Shown: positions 26,658 through 39,931 of the stretch, one piece after another
Numbering within the stretch: the stretch's first letter is position 1
Layout: the number at the start of each line of letters is the position of its first letter
Assembly: GCA_030390025.1 (NCBI GenBank)
Contig: CM059433.1
Location: 21,950,001-22,014,000 of the forward strand
Direction of reading: 5' to 3'
DNA from: Squalus acanthias
Lineage: Eukaryota
Length of the DNA: 64,000 nt
Notes under the pieces: model-generated
Told to the model about the DNA's origin: nothing
Databases searched by the model: none
Seen by the model: only the letters and a program-made list of their open reading frames with translations
Made by a program: the position numbers and the translations under genes

Positions 26658-27121
26658 CATAAGAACATAAGAAATAGGAGCAGGAGTAGGCCATTCGGCC
26701 CTTCGAGCCTGCTCTGCCATTCAATGAGATCATGGCTGATCTTCTGCCTCAACTCCATTCACCGGCCCTATTGCCATATCCCTTGATGCCTTTACTAGTC
26801 AGAAATCAATCGACTTCTGTTTTGAATATACCCAATGACTGAGCCTCCACTGCCCTCTGGGGTAGAGAATTCCAAAGATTCACCACCCTCTGTGTGAAGA
26901 AATTTCTTCTCATCTCAGTCCTGAATGGCCTACCCTTTATCCTGAGGCTGTGGCCCCTGGTTCTAGACTCCCCAGCCAAGGGAAACATTCTCCCAGCATC
27001 CACCCTATCAAGTCCTGTAATAATTTTGTATGCTTCAATGAGATCCCCTCTCATTCTTCCGAATTCAAGAGAATACAGGCATAGTTTACTCAATTTCTTC
27101 TCATACGACATTCCAGCCATC
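26658..27121 (-). mobile_element. CR1 LINE 3' fragment inserted in a MITE (~26505-27560)
   Basis: ORF 26806-27177 is the CR1 C-terminus. The flanks rejoin to match the MITE sequence at ~800-930. Confidence 0.9.
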
Positions 27122-27562
27122 CGAGTGACTATTGTTAATAACTGCCAATCAACCTCTCTTGCCCAGAAAGTAAACAATTATAAGTCTCATTCCTTCAGCT
27201 TGTGAATTGTTTTGAGATTTAAAAAAAGACACATTTAAAAAAAAAAGTCTTACTTTTCATTTCTGTCTCTTTTTTCTCTCTCTCGCTCAATCCATTTTTT
27301 CTTTCTCTTTATTTCTCTTTTCTGTACCTGATTTGACATTGAATTCACACACTTCCTGTTTATTTTTCAATCCTTAAATAGATACATTGTTTGTCCCATT
27401 CTTCACCAAGATCCCAGATGCCCCATTGTCCTCGCTGCGCTGTCATTAGTTCGCACTTCCAGCAACTTTGTGGGCAAAACATTTTAAAACCTAAATGAGC
27501 ATTGGAAGTCTAACTAACTGGGCACACCACGAGATGCCCTGCTCCAGCAAAATCTGGCCCAA

Positions 27563-30430
27563 CGTATTTAGAAAGGATAGAGCAGGAAGAAGGAGGTTCC
27601 TAACTAATTAGAGATAACATAATGGCAGTAGAAAAGGGACATAACTAACATTAAGCTCAAAGTAGAATCCATATGGATTGAGATAAAGGATAAGAAGGGA
27701 TTGATCATGCTAATAGGGGTATTCTACAGACACCACCTAATAGTGGAAGGGAAGTGAAAGAAGAAATATGTATGAAAAATTATCAAGTGCGTAAAAGACA
27801 TAGAATAATAATCATGGGAGACTTCAATTACCACCAAATAAATTGACTAGAAGAGGTCAGGAAAGGAAAAAAGGGAATTAAGTTTTTACAGTGTGTTCAG
27901 GACTCCTTGCTTACCCAGTAGGTAAGAAGCCGCACAACAGAAGAATCACTGCTGGATCTAGTAATGGGAAATGAAGCAGAGCAGATCAGAAAAGGAAGCA
28001 TGGAAAACATCTAGGCAATAGCAATCACAACATAATAAGGTTTAAAATAATGATTGAGAAAGACGTAAGATAAATACCAAAGTAATAGATTGGAAAAAAG
28101 CTAATTTTGAGGGGATGAAAATGGAACTAGGGAAGGTAAACTGAAAACAAAATGACAGACAAAGTGATAGAACAGCAGTGGGAAATATTTAAAACGGTGA
28201 TCAATAAATTCAGGACAAATATATCCCTCTAAAAAACAAGAACAAACCCACCAGTAATGAAACATTGTGGATGAATAAAGAGATAGGCATACACTAAGTG
28301 CATAGACAATAAAGGAGAGGATGACAAAAGAGAATACGAATAGGTTAGGAAAGAAGTCAAAAAAACAATTAGGAAAGCACAGAGGAACTACAAAATTCAA
28401 TTATCAAGGAATATAAAAAGAAATAGTAAACTATTCTACAGACACATACATAACAAACAAAAAATCAGGATAGGGATAGGGCCACTAAGGGAAGCACAAG
28501 ATAAACACACAAGTAATGACCCCGAAATGGCAGAAATATTGAATAGTTACTTTGCCTCAGTATTAACCATGAAGAGTAACAGAGTGACATGACATGAGAA
28601 GAAGGGATCAAAATAATATAATGACATTTAAGATAGAAAGGAGGAAATAATTGATAAATTAATCAAATTTAGAGAGGATAAAACCCCTGGTCCGGATGGA
28701 TTGCATCAGTGCAGATTGAAAGAAGTTAGGGAAGAGATAGCAGAGGCACTATAACATATATATAACAATTCATTAGAAAAGCAAGTAGTGCTTGATGTAA
28801 GAAAACTACTAGGCACTTGGTCTAAGCGTTAAACAAAGCTTTAATCAACTGTTTTTCAACATGGAGGTCTAGTTGTGTCCTTCACTAGTTCCTGTTAAAG
28901 AATGTCCTGAGCAAGCTGGGCCCATGCCCGAGTATTTATACTCTCCCTGGACAGCGCCACCAGCAGGCCGACCAGTATTATTTCATAAGTCATTTCCACA
29001 TGAATGACAAGATTCATGTCAGTGCTAGAGGACTGGTGGACAGATAATGTGATTCCTATATTTGAAAAGGGTTATAGAACAAGTCCAGGGAAAGATAGAC
29101 GGGTTAACTTTATGTCGGTGGTAGGTAAGATGATGGACTCTTTACTAAAGATATATTAGAAAAACATCTAGATAACAAAAATATAATGGAACAGTCAGCA
29201 CGGATTTCACAAGGGAAGACCCTGCTTTACCAACCTAATTGAATTATTTAAAGAAGTAACAGAAAGAGTAGACAAGGGTAATGTAGTAGATGTAATATAT
29301 TTGGATTTTCAAAAGGCCTTTGATAAGGTGGACTCATGACTAGGATCAGAGCATGTGGTGTCGGGTCAAGTAGCAGAATGAATAGCAAACTGGCTGCAAA
29401 GCAAAAAACAGAGAGTAGGGGTTAAAGGTAGTTACTCACACTAGCAAAACGTGGGAAGTGGTGTTCCACAGGGATCAGTGCTGGGACCACTGTTGTTCAC
29501 CATTTACATAAACAAATTGGACTCAGGAATCGGAAGTACAATTTCAAAATTTCCAGATGATTCCAAATTGAGGGGTACAGTTAATACTAAGAAAGACTGC
29601 GACAAATACAAGAAGACATTAATACATTTGCAGAATGGCCATGTAATTGGCAAATTAATTTCAATATTGATAAGTGTGAGGTGGTACATTTTGGTAGGAA
29701 GAATACGGAGGCCACATACTCCTTGAAAAATAAGTGCCTAAATGGGGTAAAAGATAAGAAATGGGATACAAATTCACAGATCACTAAAAGTAGCGACACA
29801 GGTTAATAAGATCATAAAAAATGTAAACAAAGCACTGTGTTTAATTTCTAGAGGGATAGAATTGAAAAACAGAGAAGTTATGTTAGAGTATTGTGTATAG
29901 TTCTGGTCTCCATATTATTAAAAAAAGATATAAAGGCACTGGAGAAGGTGCAAAAAAGATTTACAAAGATGATACCATAATTAAGAGGTTATACCTTTCA
30001 CGAAAGACTGAACAGGCTGGGGCTCGTTTCTCTAGAAAAGAGAAGGCTGAGTGGTGACCTGATGGAGTTCTTTAAGATTATGAAATGGTTTGATAGGGTA
30101 GACATTGAAAAAGATGTTCCACTTGGGGTGGAGACCAAAACTAGGAGCCATAAATATAAGATAGTCGCTAATAAATCCAACAGGGAATTCAGGAGAGACT
30201 TCTTTACGCAGCGTGGTTAGAATATAGCACTTGCTACTACAAGAAGTAGTTGAAGCGAATAGGATAGATGCATTAAAGGGAAGCTAGATAAACATATGAG
30301 GGAGAAAGGAATAGAAGGTTATGCTGCTAGGGTTAGATGAAGTAGGATAGGAGGTGCCTCATGTGGAGCATAAACACCAGCATGGACCAGTTGGGCCAAA
30401 TGGCCTGTTTCTATGCTGTACATTCTATGT
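27563..30430 (+). mobile_element. Long degraded CR1 LINE (endonuclease end + RT + 3' UTR)
   Basis: Contains IMGDFNY, LLDLVMGNE, KTPGPDG, QHGFHKGR, DFQKAFDKV and GVPQGSVLGP motifs with many disablements. Interrupted by the solo LTR at 28793-29021. Confidence 0.9.
28793..29021 (-). mobile_element. Solo LTR (229 bp), copy 1
   Basis: TG...CA termini and a perfect 5-bp TSD GTGCT. TATAAATA followed by ATTAAA on the minus strand. Twin at 49165-49384. Confidence 0.85.
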
Positions 30431-30654
30431 CATTCTTTTCCCCTCTCCCCCAGTTCAAGCTGGCACTCTTTTCCTCCTTCAATCCCTCCAATTTATGTCA
30501 CACGCATTCCATTCTGCCTCAATTCATACTTGCACTCTTTTACCCCTTCCCCAAGCAGTTATTGCTGGCACTCTCCTTCTACTCCTACCTTCTGCCCTTT
30601 TTCTCTCCCCTTCAATTCCCTCCTTCCCTCTCCCCTGAACACCACACCTATTTT

Positions 30655-31077
30655 TAGCTATGATGAAAGACTGGATAGGCTAGGGTTGTTTTCTTTGGAA
30701 CAGAGGAGGCTGAGAGAAGACTTGATTGAGGTGTATAAAATTATGAGGGGCCGAGATAGACCTATTTGCCCTAGCAGAGAGGTCCATAAGCAGGGGCAAT
30801 AGATTTAAAGTAATTGGTAGAAGGATTAAAGGGGGAGTTGAGGAAAAAATTTTCACCCAGAGGGTGGTGGGGGTCTCGAACTCAGTGCCTGAAAGGGTGG
30901 TAGAGGCAGAAACTCTCATCACATTTAAAAAGTACTTGGATATGCACTTGAAGTGCTGTAACCTACAGGGCTATGGACCAAGAGCTGGAAAGTGGGATTA
31001 GGCTGGATAGCTCTTTTTCGGCTGGCACAGATACGATGGGCTGAATGGCCTCCTTCTGTGCCGTAAATTTCTATGAT
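30655..31077 (+). mobile_element. CR1 LINE 3' fragment
   Basis: Encodes SYDERLDRLGLFSLEQRRLREDLIEVYKIM, followed by the CR1 tail. Confidence 0.88.
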
Positions 31078-32420
31078 ACTTGGATGCTGCTGGTAATGGG
31101 AAAGATTTCAGCTGCTACACACTGTAGGCGGGAACTCCTGGCCCCGTGAAAATTCCCACCTACAGTATGCAGCATATGCAATTCCTTCCAATAGCGGCAG
31201 CATTTATATAGGAATATCATTGAGGGGAGCTGAGTTTGACATGATTTCTGTCAGTATAAAGAGCTAATAGGTAGCATGTATGTGCCTGAATACTGTACTC
31301 TTCAATAACTGGCCTTGATTTGGATTCCCTACTCCTAGAGGTCAATATATCAATGTACATAAAGCTGCTTACATTTCTGGAACTCCATGTTGTGCCTGAA
31401 CAATCAGCTGAGAGGCACGAAGAGCTAGCAAGGCAGGTCCCCACGGAGAGGTAAAGTAAATCTGAGATGAGATAGTTTGGCTTCTGCTCAGTCATCTTCA
31501 AATGGTTCATTATAGATCAGCACCATGGACAGGTTGGGACCCAAGTTTTCTTCTTTTACCCCCCAGAAAAGCAGAATGTTTGTTTTTTTCTCCATAATTA
31601 AGAACCGGCCACAGAAATCACTTTCTCAGGAATCAAATTCTCTCTATTTCGTTCGTGAGTCATTAGTCATGGTGAAAAACATTCCTCCATTTTTCATTAA
31701 AGTGGAAATTTGGGCCCAAGGGGCAGTTCGCTTTCTTCCCTCTCAGCCAGGAAATTACGACATAGTTTGTGGTGTTTTATGACCCAAAAAGAGTAAGAGG
31801 AAAATCCAGCTTTAAAGACAAGTTAACCTTTCAGCACGATGCTTCCCTGCACTGCAGCGGATAGCATGGCTTTTACATTTTAAGTCTACCTGCCAAGGAC
31901 AAGATAGGGCATCGAACTAAGTAAATAAAATGAGTACATTACAAATTTAAATTAATACAGGCTGTTGAAAAGTGATAATTGAATGGCCTAAGCATTTGTA
32001 ACCTCATATGATTCTTGAAAGGAGCTCATGATTTTGAATTGTTAATCTGGGCATTAATGTGTTTTAAATTCACAAGCTAAATGTGATTATATCATTTACT
32101 TTAGCTAAGTGTGTTCTAAAATGATAATGACGTTTTCCAGTTGTTTGACAATTTTATTTAACTGGAAAATGAAGAGTTGAAAGGCTATAGGAAGTAAATC
32201 TAGAGGCAGTAATAGGTACATACTGCTTTTGGACAAAATAGAGGTGCAAAGGCAGTCAGGGTCAGGCATTCAAGAGCAAGATGGAACCTACATCAAATCT
32301 AGAGTTTAAATATGAAAGAAATGAAAGGAAAAACATTTAGAAAGTAAGCTTTCCTATTTCAGGTCTGCCGTGGAAAAATACTTAATTAGTTCATATAAAC
32401 TGCCTATTCATTCACTTTAT

Positions 32421-34194
32421 TGCCGCAATTTCACCTACCGAGGCGGGCTCAGTGCGGCCAAGGTAGGTGGTGGGTTGTGACCCCGCTCCCGGCTCCATCC
32501 CGCTCTGAGAGAAGAATTTTACATTGATTGGGCTTGTTAAGCCTGCCCTGCAAGGTTCCCGGCCAATTAAAAGGAAGTGGGTCTGATGACATCATTTGAT
32601 GACACGTCATCAGCCGGTTTCCTTAAAGGGACCATGTCAACACTCATTTTGACAGTTGTGCTGTCAGTGTTCTACAGCATTGAGGTGCTGCAAACACTGA
32701 CAAGCACTGCACAAAGGTGCACGGCTGCACCCAGGCTCTCCCATGACTCCTTCCATATGAGAGAGTAACAGCACGCAGGGAGGTTCTCTTCCCTTCCAAT
32801 GGGCGGAAGCGATCTCCCCAGGACACCACGCAGCCTGGTTGCACATTGCACAGGAGGGCACAAGCAGGGATGTCATTAGGAGGACCAGGCTGCAGTGGCG
32901 CAAACCTTTCAATGATTACAGTAGATCACGAAACGTTACTGCAAAGCCACGCTCAACCTCATCCTGCTGTGCCACTCATCACATCCCCATCACTCTGCCT
33001 TCCCTACCCTACTCCTGCACATCCTTACTCACACCAACTTATTGCACCTCCACCCATCCCTCTCTCTCTATCCAGATCATCGCACCCCCATCTCACTAGC
33101 CACCCCACACACTCACCCTCCTCCTTGTCCAATCATACCAACTAACAAGACACAAGGGTAGGCACTTGGGTGTTTTCACCAATGTTCATGCAAAGTTACA
33201 GTTAATGTTTTGCCAAACATTGAAATCTTTATTTTCCACACTTTGCCTTCTTGGACAGATTTTTGTGCACCTTTGGAAGTGGCTTAGTGAGTTACAGTGA
33301 ATGGTGAGACATAACGGTACCCCCGCAATGGTGATGAGTGTGAAAGGAATGGCTTGGGCATTGTAGGGATGCTTTATGGTGTTGGTGTAGGGTGGTGCCA
33401 ACCTAGCGCATCATGTGGCAGCCAGGGTGTACAGCGTCAAGTGAAGTAAATCTGGCCATGGTGAGGCCATCGCTGGCCTCCCGGGCAGCAATGTGCTCGG
33501 GTGCTGATGCCCTGTGTCCTGTGCTGCATCAGGTGATTGCGGAGAAGGTTGGTGGTGTTGTTGGTGTGCCTGGTGATGTTGGTGTTGGGGCTGATCGTGG
33601 TGGGATTCTGAGGACCAAGGTGAGATTTTTTCAAGGGTACTGATGCTGCTGGAATAGATGGCAGCTGAAGTTGAGATGACAGAAGCGATCTGTCAATGGT
33701 GAGAGAGGTTGCTCCAAGGAGGTGACACTGGATAGAGAGTTTACTCCAAAAACTTCCAAACTGCATAAAGTAGAAAAGTGTATTCCAAATCCTGAAGGCT
33801 CCAGCTTCTCAGATTGGAAAGTGAACAGCTGTGAAATGGTAGCTTTTATACCACTTTTGCAGCTGTCAACTATTCAGAGGAATGTAGAGTCATTGACAGC
33901 GCTACCTACTTACCTGATGTGATCCCTGAGCGCCGGGAACCTTGTGAAAAAGCTGGTAAAATGGTAAGTACATGGTAAAATGGTGTTCAAGTACCTTTTA
34001 ACAAGCTCTTAAGTCTCTGAATTGGCTCACCTGCTGCTTAGTGTCGGGTCTGTAAAGCGCAGCCAGACCCGACATTTGGGAAACTGACATGGAGGCGGGT
34101 TGACGGCGGGATCCTGACCCGCTGTCAATCTTTTCGATTTTAACAGCGGACCCGCCTCCGAACCCACCCTCTGAGCGCCGGCAAATTTCCGGCC
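32421..34194 (+). mobile_element. Non-autonomous Harbinger element with Myb/SANT-like remnant, copy B (uninterrupted, 1774 bp)
   Basis: Ends tgccgcaattt / aaatttccggcc with TSD TAT/TAT. Encodes ..HIAQEGTSRDVIRRTRLQWRKPFNDYSRS. Confidence 0.82.
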
Positions 34195-34299
34195 TATGTG
34201 TCTCCTATTTCTCATCAAAGTAGAGAGCAAATAGCATCGAGTTCTCCTTCTCTGCAGCACTTATTCTGTTGCTTGTACTGATTATTCAGTAGACATACT

Positions 34300-34990
34300 T
34301 GGGAAAAAGTCTGTATGGGTCCTATTAGAAGAAATATAGGTTAAGTAGAAAATGCAAACAATATGCTGATCAGGAAAAAAGATCTTGGGGTTATCTTGGG
34401 CAGATATATAAAGGTGTCAATCCCGTACTTGATTATAGTAAAAGGTAAATAAGGTACTAGGTTGTATTAGCAGGGAGACAGAGTATAAATTCAAAGAGGT
34501 TATATCAATGTATAAGCAGGCGATCATGCACAGTTCTGGTTACACAATTATGGGAACAATGGAAATAACTGCCCTTGTAAGGGCATAGGGCTTAGCAATG
34601 AAAATGATTCTGTGTACCAAGAAGTTAAATTATGAGGAAAGGTTAAACTTATTCTCTTTGGGGAGAGAAAAAGGGGAGGGGACTTTGAAGTGATTTAATT
34701 AAAATTTTGAAGCACATGAAGTGGATTGACAAAGTCATTGAGGCAGATTGTTCAGTGGGGTCAATGATTCAAATACTAGAGTACATAAGTTAATAATGAG
34801 GAACGTTAGGAGTAAGAAGGTAAGTGAGGCCGAACTGTTTTTCACAATTAATGACAGAGTTATGGAACAAGTTCTAAGGAAGGCCACTGAAACAAGCAGT
34901 ACAAATGGGATCAGGAGGAAACCTAGATGTGCTTAGAAGAGTACAGGGATTGAGATCAATCCAAATGGCCTGCTGGACCTAATGGCTTTT
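34300..34990 (+). mobile_element. Old, degraded CR1 fragment
   Basis: EKDLGV, cagttctggt and NYEER remnants. Boundaries approximate. Confidence 0.55.
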
Positions 34991-36855
34991 TCCTTTAAAA
35001 AAAAACATATGTTGTGGCTTTCATCGCATCATTGATGAAACATAATGCAACACATCATAACGTTTACTTAACAAATTGTGTCAGTGTCCAGAACTGTGAG
35101 GCATGCATGCACAATGGTATATTCTATAGCCTGATGGTCAACTAAACCAGTTAATGACCAAAATTCTTTGCAATTTTATTTAACAAACAAAGGAAAAAAC
35201 ATATACTTGATTATTTTGCCTTTAACAGGTAAATGTTGGAGCTCCCCTTAATTTTTTTTGCAGCAATTATTTGGCCTGAGATATACCAGAACATTTCCTG
35301 AAAACATGCCTGTGTTGTTACAACACCAGACAATCTACACTAACAAAACTAATGGCTTTGAAATCTTCGCAGTCACTGTTTTCTAGTAGATGTTAAATTA
35401 TAGCCTCTGGTTGCTATTCAAGATTAATTCTATTTTTCAGTTCTATTTTGGGGTAATAAGCTTTGTAGGGGAATGAATCATTTGGATTAAATGGCATTTA
35501 AATCATACTTTTACACTTCAGATTAGATTAAGTTGTAGAAAATGCAGTTACACAATAAGGATACACAAGTGCTGCCTAATAGAAATGAATTACTGCAGGA
35601 GTTTTTCTGCTATACATTGCTGCATTTGCATTTGCTTCCAATCATCTTTGACATGATTTATTACTTTTAAGTGACAACTATCTTATCCATAATTCAGCAG
35701 GCAAGAGCTAACGGATTTCTTCATTAAAGTACTAACTTTTCTGACCCCAGTGCATTCAGTGGAACAGTCTTTTAAAATTTGTTCCTTAGCTGGAGGGGAT
35801 GTTGTCAAATATGCTCACTGTAAAATTAAATGATATTTTACAATCCTTTAGTTTGATGAGCTTGGGTTGGCTCAGTCTGTTTGCTCATCCGTAAACATGA
35901 TGTCACTTCGGCTTCATAAATGCTTTTGGATGTCTTGAGGTCGTGAAAGGCGCTATATAAATGCAAGTTCTTTCTTTTCTTTCTTTATGCTCTCATCGAG
36001 CATCCGTCGAGTCAAACACTGTGGCACTGCAGCCTAATTGGTTGTAGTATATAAGCTATGTTGAACATGAGCAATTATACTACAAGCTGATCCAGCAGCA
36101 GACTATCAGTGATGTCGAAGGAAATAATTATATTAAGCTTTATTCAGGTCTATTTATTATCTTTTCTAGTCCTCTGTCCCTATCTTCCATGGATATTTTC
36201 TTGTGCTCCATTTAACCCCCCACTGTTATTCTCTTTCAAATTTCTGGCCTTTGCTCTAATGCTACTTGTATCGTCACTGCCCCACAAACGATTACATCAA
36301 ACACACTTCACTCTTTAAACTTTTCTAAACCAGCTTAACCCATTTTGCCAACTATCAGATCACTGATATATTCAGTGTCAAGCTGTGGTGCTTCACATAG
36401 GTGTGACTGTTAATTTAATTTCATATATTCTTTCATCTTCACTTAGAATCATAGAATCTTACAGCACAGAAGGAGGCTATTTAGCCCATCGTGCCTGTGC
36501 CAGCTGTTTGAAAGAGCTGTATAATTGGGGCCCTGTAATTTTTTTCTTTTCAAGTATATATCCAGTTCCTTTTGAAAGTTACTATTGAATCTGCTCCCAG
36601 CACTTTTTCAGGCAATGCATTCTAAATTATAACAACTCGCTGTGTAAAAAGATTTCTCTTTAATCCCGTGTCTTTTTTGCCAATTATCTTAAATCTGTAT
36701 CCTCTGGTTACTGACCCACTCACCAGTGGAAACAGTTTCTCCTTATTTATTCTATGAAAACTCCTCATAATCTTGAACACCTTATTAAATCTCACCTTAA
36801 CCTTCTCTGCTCTAAGGAGAACAATCCCAGCTTTTCTAGTCTCTTCACATATCTG

Positions 36856-37727
36856 GGGGGGAATTTTAACCCCCCAAAATGGGTGGGTTTGGGTCGGGTG
36901 CAATGTAAAAAAGTTAAGAATCTGAAACCTGACCCCAACCCGCCCACTTCCGGTTTTAAGAGGTGGGGGGGGGGGGGGGGGGGCAGTTGGGGGATGGGGG
37001 GCATGCAACCAACCTGCTCGCAGCAGGCGGATTGGTCATTTAAATATTATAATGAGGTTGGAAGCCTCACATTTAACCACCATTTTAAATTTAACCCTGA
37101 CCGGCCGAGCTTCCTGGGCCTTGGGAAACCCGACAGCTAATGAGAAGCAAGGACTGCTGGATCCAGGAGGTAAGTGCACCCATCCCCTGCGATCGGACAC
37201 CCCCTTGATCTTTCTGATCTCACCCCACCCCCCCTCCCGACCATTCCGATCTCCCCAATGCTCCAGACTCTGATCTTCCCCCGACCCCATGCCTCCAATC
37301 TCCCCAATGCTCCAGACTCCGATCTTCCCCTGACCCCGGCCTCCGATCTCCCCAATGCTCCAGACTCTGATCTTCCATCGACCCCGGCCTCCGATCTCAA
37401 CTCTGCTCCGGACCTCGATCTTCCCCCAACCCCGGCCTCCGATCTCCCCTCTGGCCTCCAATCTTCCCCCCGCCCCCCTCTGGCTTTTCCAATCCCTCCC
37501 TCCCTCCTCTCCGCTTCCCTGCTGTGGCCTGGTGCCGCAGGCCTACCCACCCGACAGCCAGCCAGTCTCTCAATCTGACTGGTTGCAGCCTGGAAACGGA
37601 GACAGAAAATGGTAATCAGATCCTTCCGTTAAATTCGGCAGGACCTGAGGGAAACCCATTCTTCCGGGTTTCCCAACCGCAAAATTGCCACCCCGCCCCC
37701 TCCCCGCCTCCACGATACAATCGGGGC
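36856..37727. mobile_element. Harbinger-type MITE with internal ~48-bp minisatellite
   Basis: Ends gggggaattttaacc / acaatcggggc with CTG at both junctions. Tandem unit gatctccccaatgctccagactctgatcttcccccgaccccggcctcc at ~37248-37475. Confidence 0.75.
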
Positions 37728-38752
37728 CTGGTAGTTCCTCATCCCTGGTATCATTCTATCAATGAAATTTCATCTGTCATATGTCTTCCCATTTCACCAG
37801 TCTGTCTATGTCTTCCTGAAGTCTGCTACTATCTTCCTAACTATTTACTGCATTTCCATGTTTTGTGTCATCTGCAAACTTTGGATGTGTGTGCCCTTTA
37901 ACCAAATCCGAGTCATTAATATAGATCAAAAAGAGCAGTGGTCCTAATACCGTCCCCTGAGGAACACCACTTTATACTTCCGTCCAGTCTAAAAAACAAT
38001 TACTCAGCACTACTCTCTGCTTTCTGTCTCTTAACCAATTTCGCAACCACGCTGCCACTGTCCCTTTAATCTCATGGGCTTCAATTTTGCTAACAGATGG
38101 CACATTATCAAATACCTTTTGAAAGTCCATAGACACAGCATCAACTGCACTATCTTCATCAACCCACTCCGTTACTTCATTGAAGAACTCAATCAGGTTT
38201 GTCAGACATGACTTGCCTTTAACAAATCTGTGCTGGCTGTCATTCATTAATCCATGTTTTTCCAAGTGAAAATTAATATTTTCCTGGATTGTGGTCTTTA
38301 GAAGTTTCCTCACCACTGACGTTAGGCTGATTGCTCTGTAGTTGCCGGATTTAACCCTCTCCCCTTTTTTAAACAGGGATGTAACATTTGCAATCCTCCA
38401 ATCCTCTGGCACCACTCCCATATCCAATGAAGATTGAAAGGTTGTGGCCAGAGCCTCCACTATTTCCACCCTTACTTCCCTCAGCAAGAATGCATCCTAT
38501 CCGGACCGGGTGACTTTTCTACTTTGAGCGATGTCAACCTTTTAACTACCTCCATTTTATCTGTTTTTATCCTATCCAATTTCTCTACCACCTCCTCCTT
38601 TACTGTGACATTGGCAGCATCCTCTTATTTTGTGAAGGCAGATGCAAAGTACTCATTCAGTAGCTCAGTCATGCCCGCTGCCTCCACAAGAAGATTTCCT
38701 TTTGGTCTCTAATCATCCCCACCATTCCTTTGGCTATCCTTTTACTCTTTAT

Positions 38753-39396
38753 GGGGGAGAAATTCGGTTGCTTTGCGCGTCCCATTAGCGCCCTCTTAGG
38801 GAAATTCAGTGGGAGGTTAGCAGCGGCGGTAACTGTTAGGGCCCCGTGGTGCTGCGCTGCCAGTGATGATGTCATCGCCGTACGCAGCGCACCGCTCGTG
38901 CCCCGGCCGCGATCCTCGGTAGCGCCCCCTGACTTACCGCCAGACGCTATGTCCAACGGGGTCAGGGGGGCCTACCTGCGGCCAGGGCGGCGCTAAGTAA
39001 AGGCGAGGTGCTGGGTGGCCATTTTTGTTGCTGGCTGCCTCCGTTGCCGTCCCCGGCCTCCTGACCCGCCCCCCCCGCGGAGTGCCGGCTGCGCTCCATG
39101 AGCCCGGCACTTCTCTTGAGTGCCGGGCTCTTTTGCCGGCTCTCCGATCCCCAGTGGCTCAGCTGGGCCCCGAGTCGCGCTGCGCAAGGCCCCGCCCCTT
39201 TAAGAAGGGGAGGAAGGCCTGCAGTACCGCTGCGTGACGTGCCGCAGCGCAGCGCCCCAAGAGAGAGGCGGGGCGCTTCCAGTAGCACCCCGCTTCCCTC
39301 TTGGGGCGCTACCAGTGAATTTCGGCCACGGGGGCGCTAATTTTTTCAAGGCGCTAAAAGTAACGCCCCAAAGGGGGCGCGACTCATTTTTCCCCC
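38753..39396. mobile_element. GC-rich Harbinger-type MITE (644 bp)
   Basis: TIR gggggagaaat / atttttccccc with TSD TAT/TAT. Related to 24636-25500 in opposite orientation. Confidence 0.85.
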
Positions 39397-39931
39397 TATA
39401 TGTTTATAAAAGTCTTTAGCAATCCATTGGCCGTCATTTCTTGCATTTGCAATTTCTAAAATGGAAAGATTATGTAACTCAAGGAACACTAAACAAACAA
39501 AAGGGTGTGGGAAAAAAAGGAAAAGAAATGGAATCAATATTTTAAATAAATAAAATAAAAATAAAAAAGATTAAAAGGGAAAAATGTGCGCGCACTGCAG
39601 CATCCAGTGTGTCCTTGCATCTGACTTTCCTCTCTTGCACAATGTAATACTGCAGTGCTAATTTCACCGTAGTTCTTTTTCACCTGCCATCAATATCAGA
39701 TATGGTTGCATTGCTGCAGTGTTAATAATGAGAAATTGTTTTCATCTGTTAAAAAGCAGTTTTATATTCAGGCCTAATTTAAACACTTGCAAGCAGTGGA
39801 GGAAGATGTTTCCAGTTATTAAAGATTATACCAGAGTCTCTTGTAAGAGTGCAAACTGCTACACAGTCCCCCGGCGTTGGACTTATCGTCAGGAACACAG
39901 TCATTTCATCCAAAGATTGATCATGTGGATG

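Larger units (their letters stand above)
36445..39420 (-). mobile_element. CR1 LINE split by two MITEs
   Basis: 3' tail at 36445. ORF 37972-38487 is an RT fragment (VPEDWRIANV, QHRFVKGKSCLTNLIEFF). Interrupted at 36856-37727 and 38753-39396. Confidence 0.88.

Noticed and set aside
38753..39396. CpG-island promoter (also 24636-25500)
   Set aside because: The CpG-rich sequence is bounded exactly by TIRs and target duplications, so it is a young MITE.
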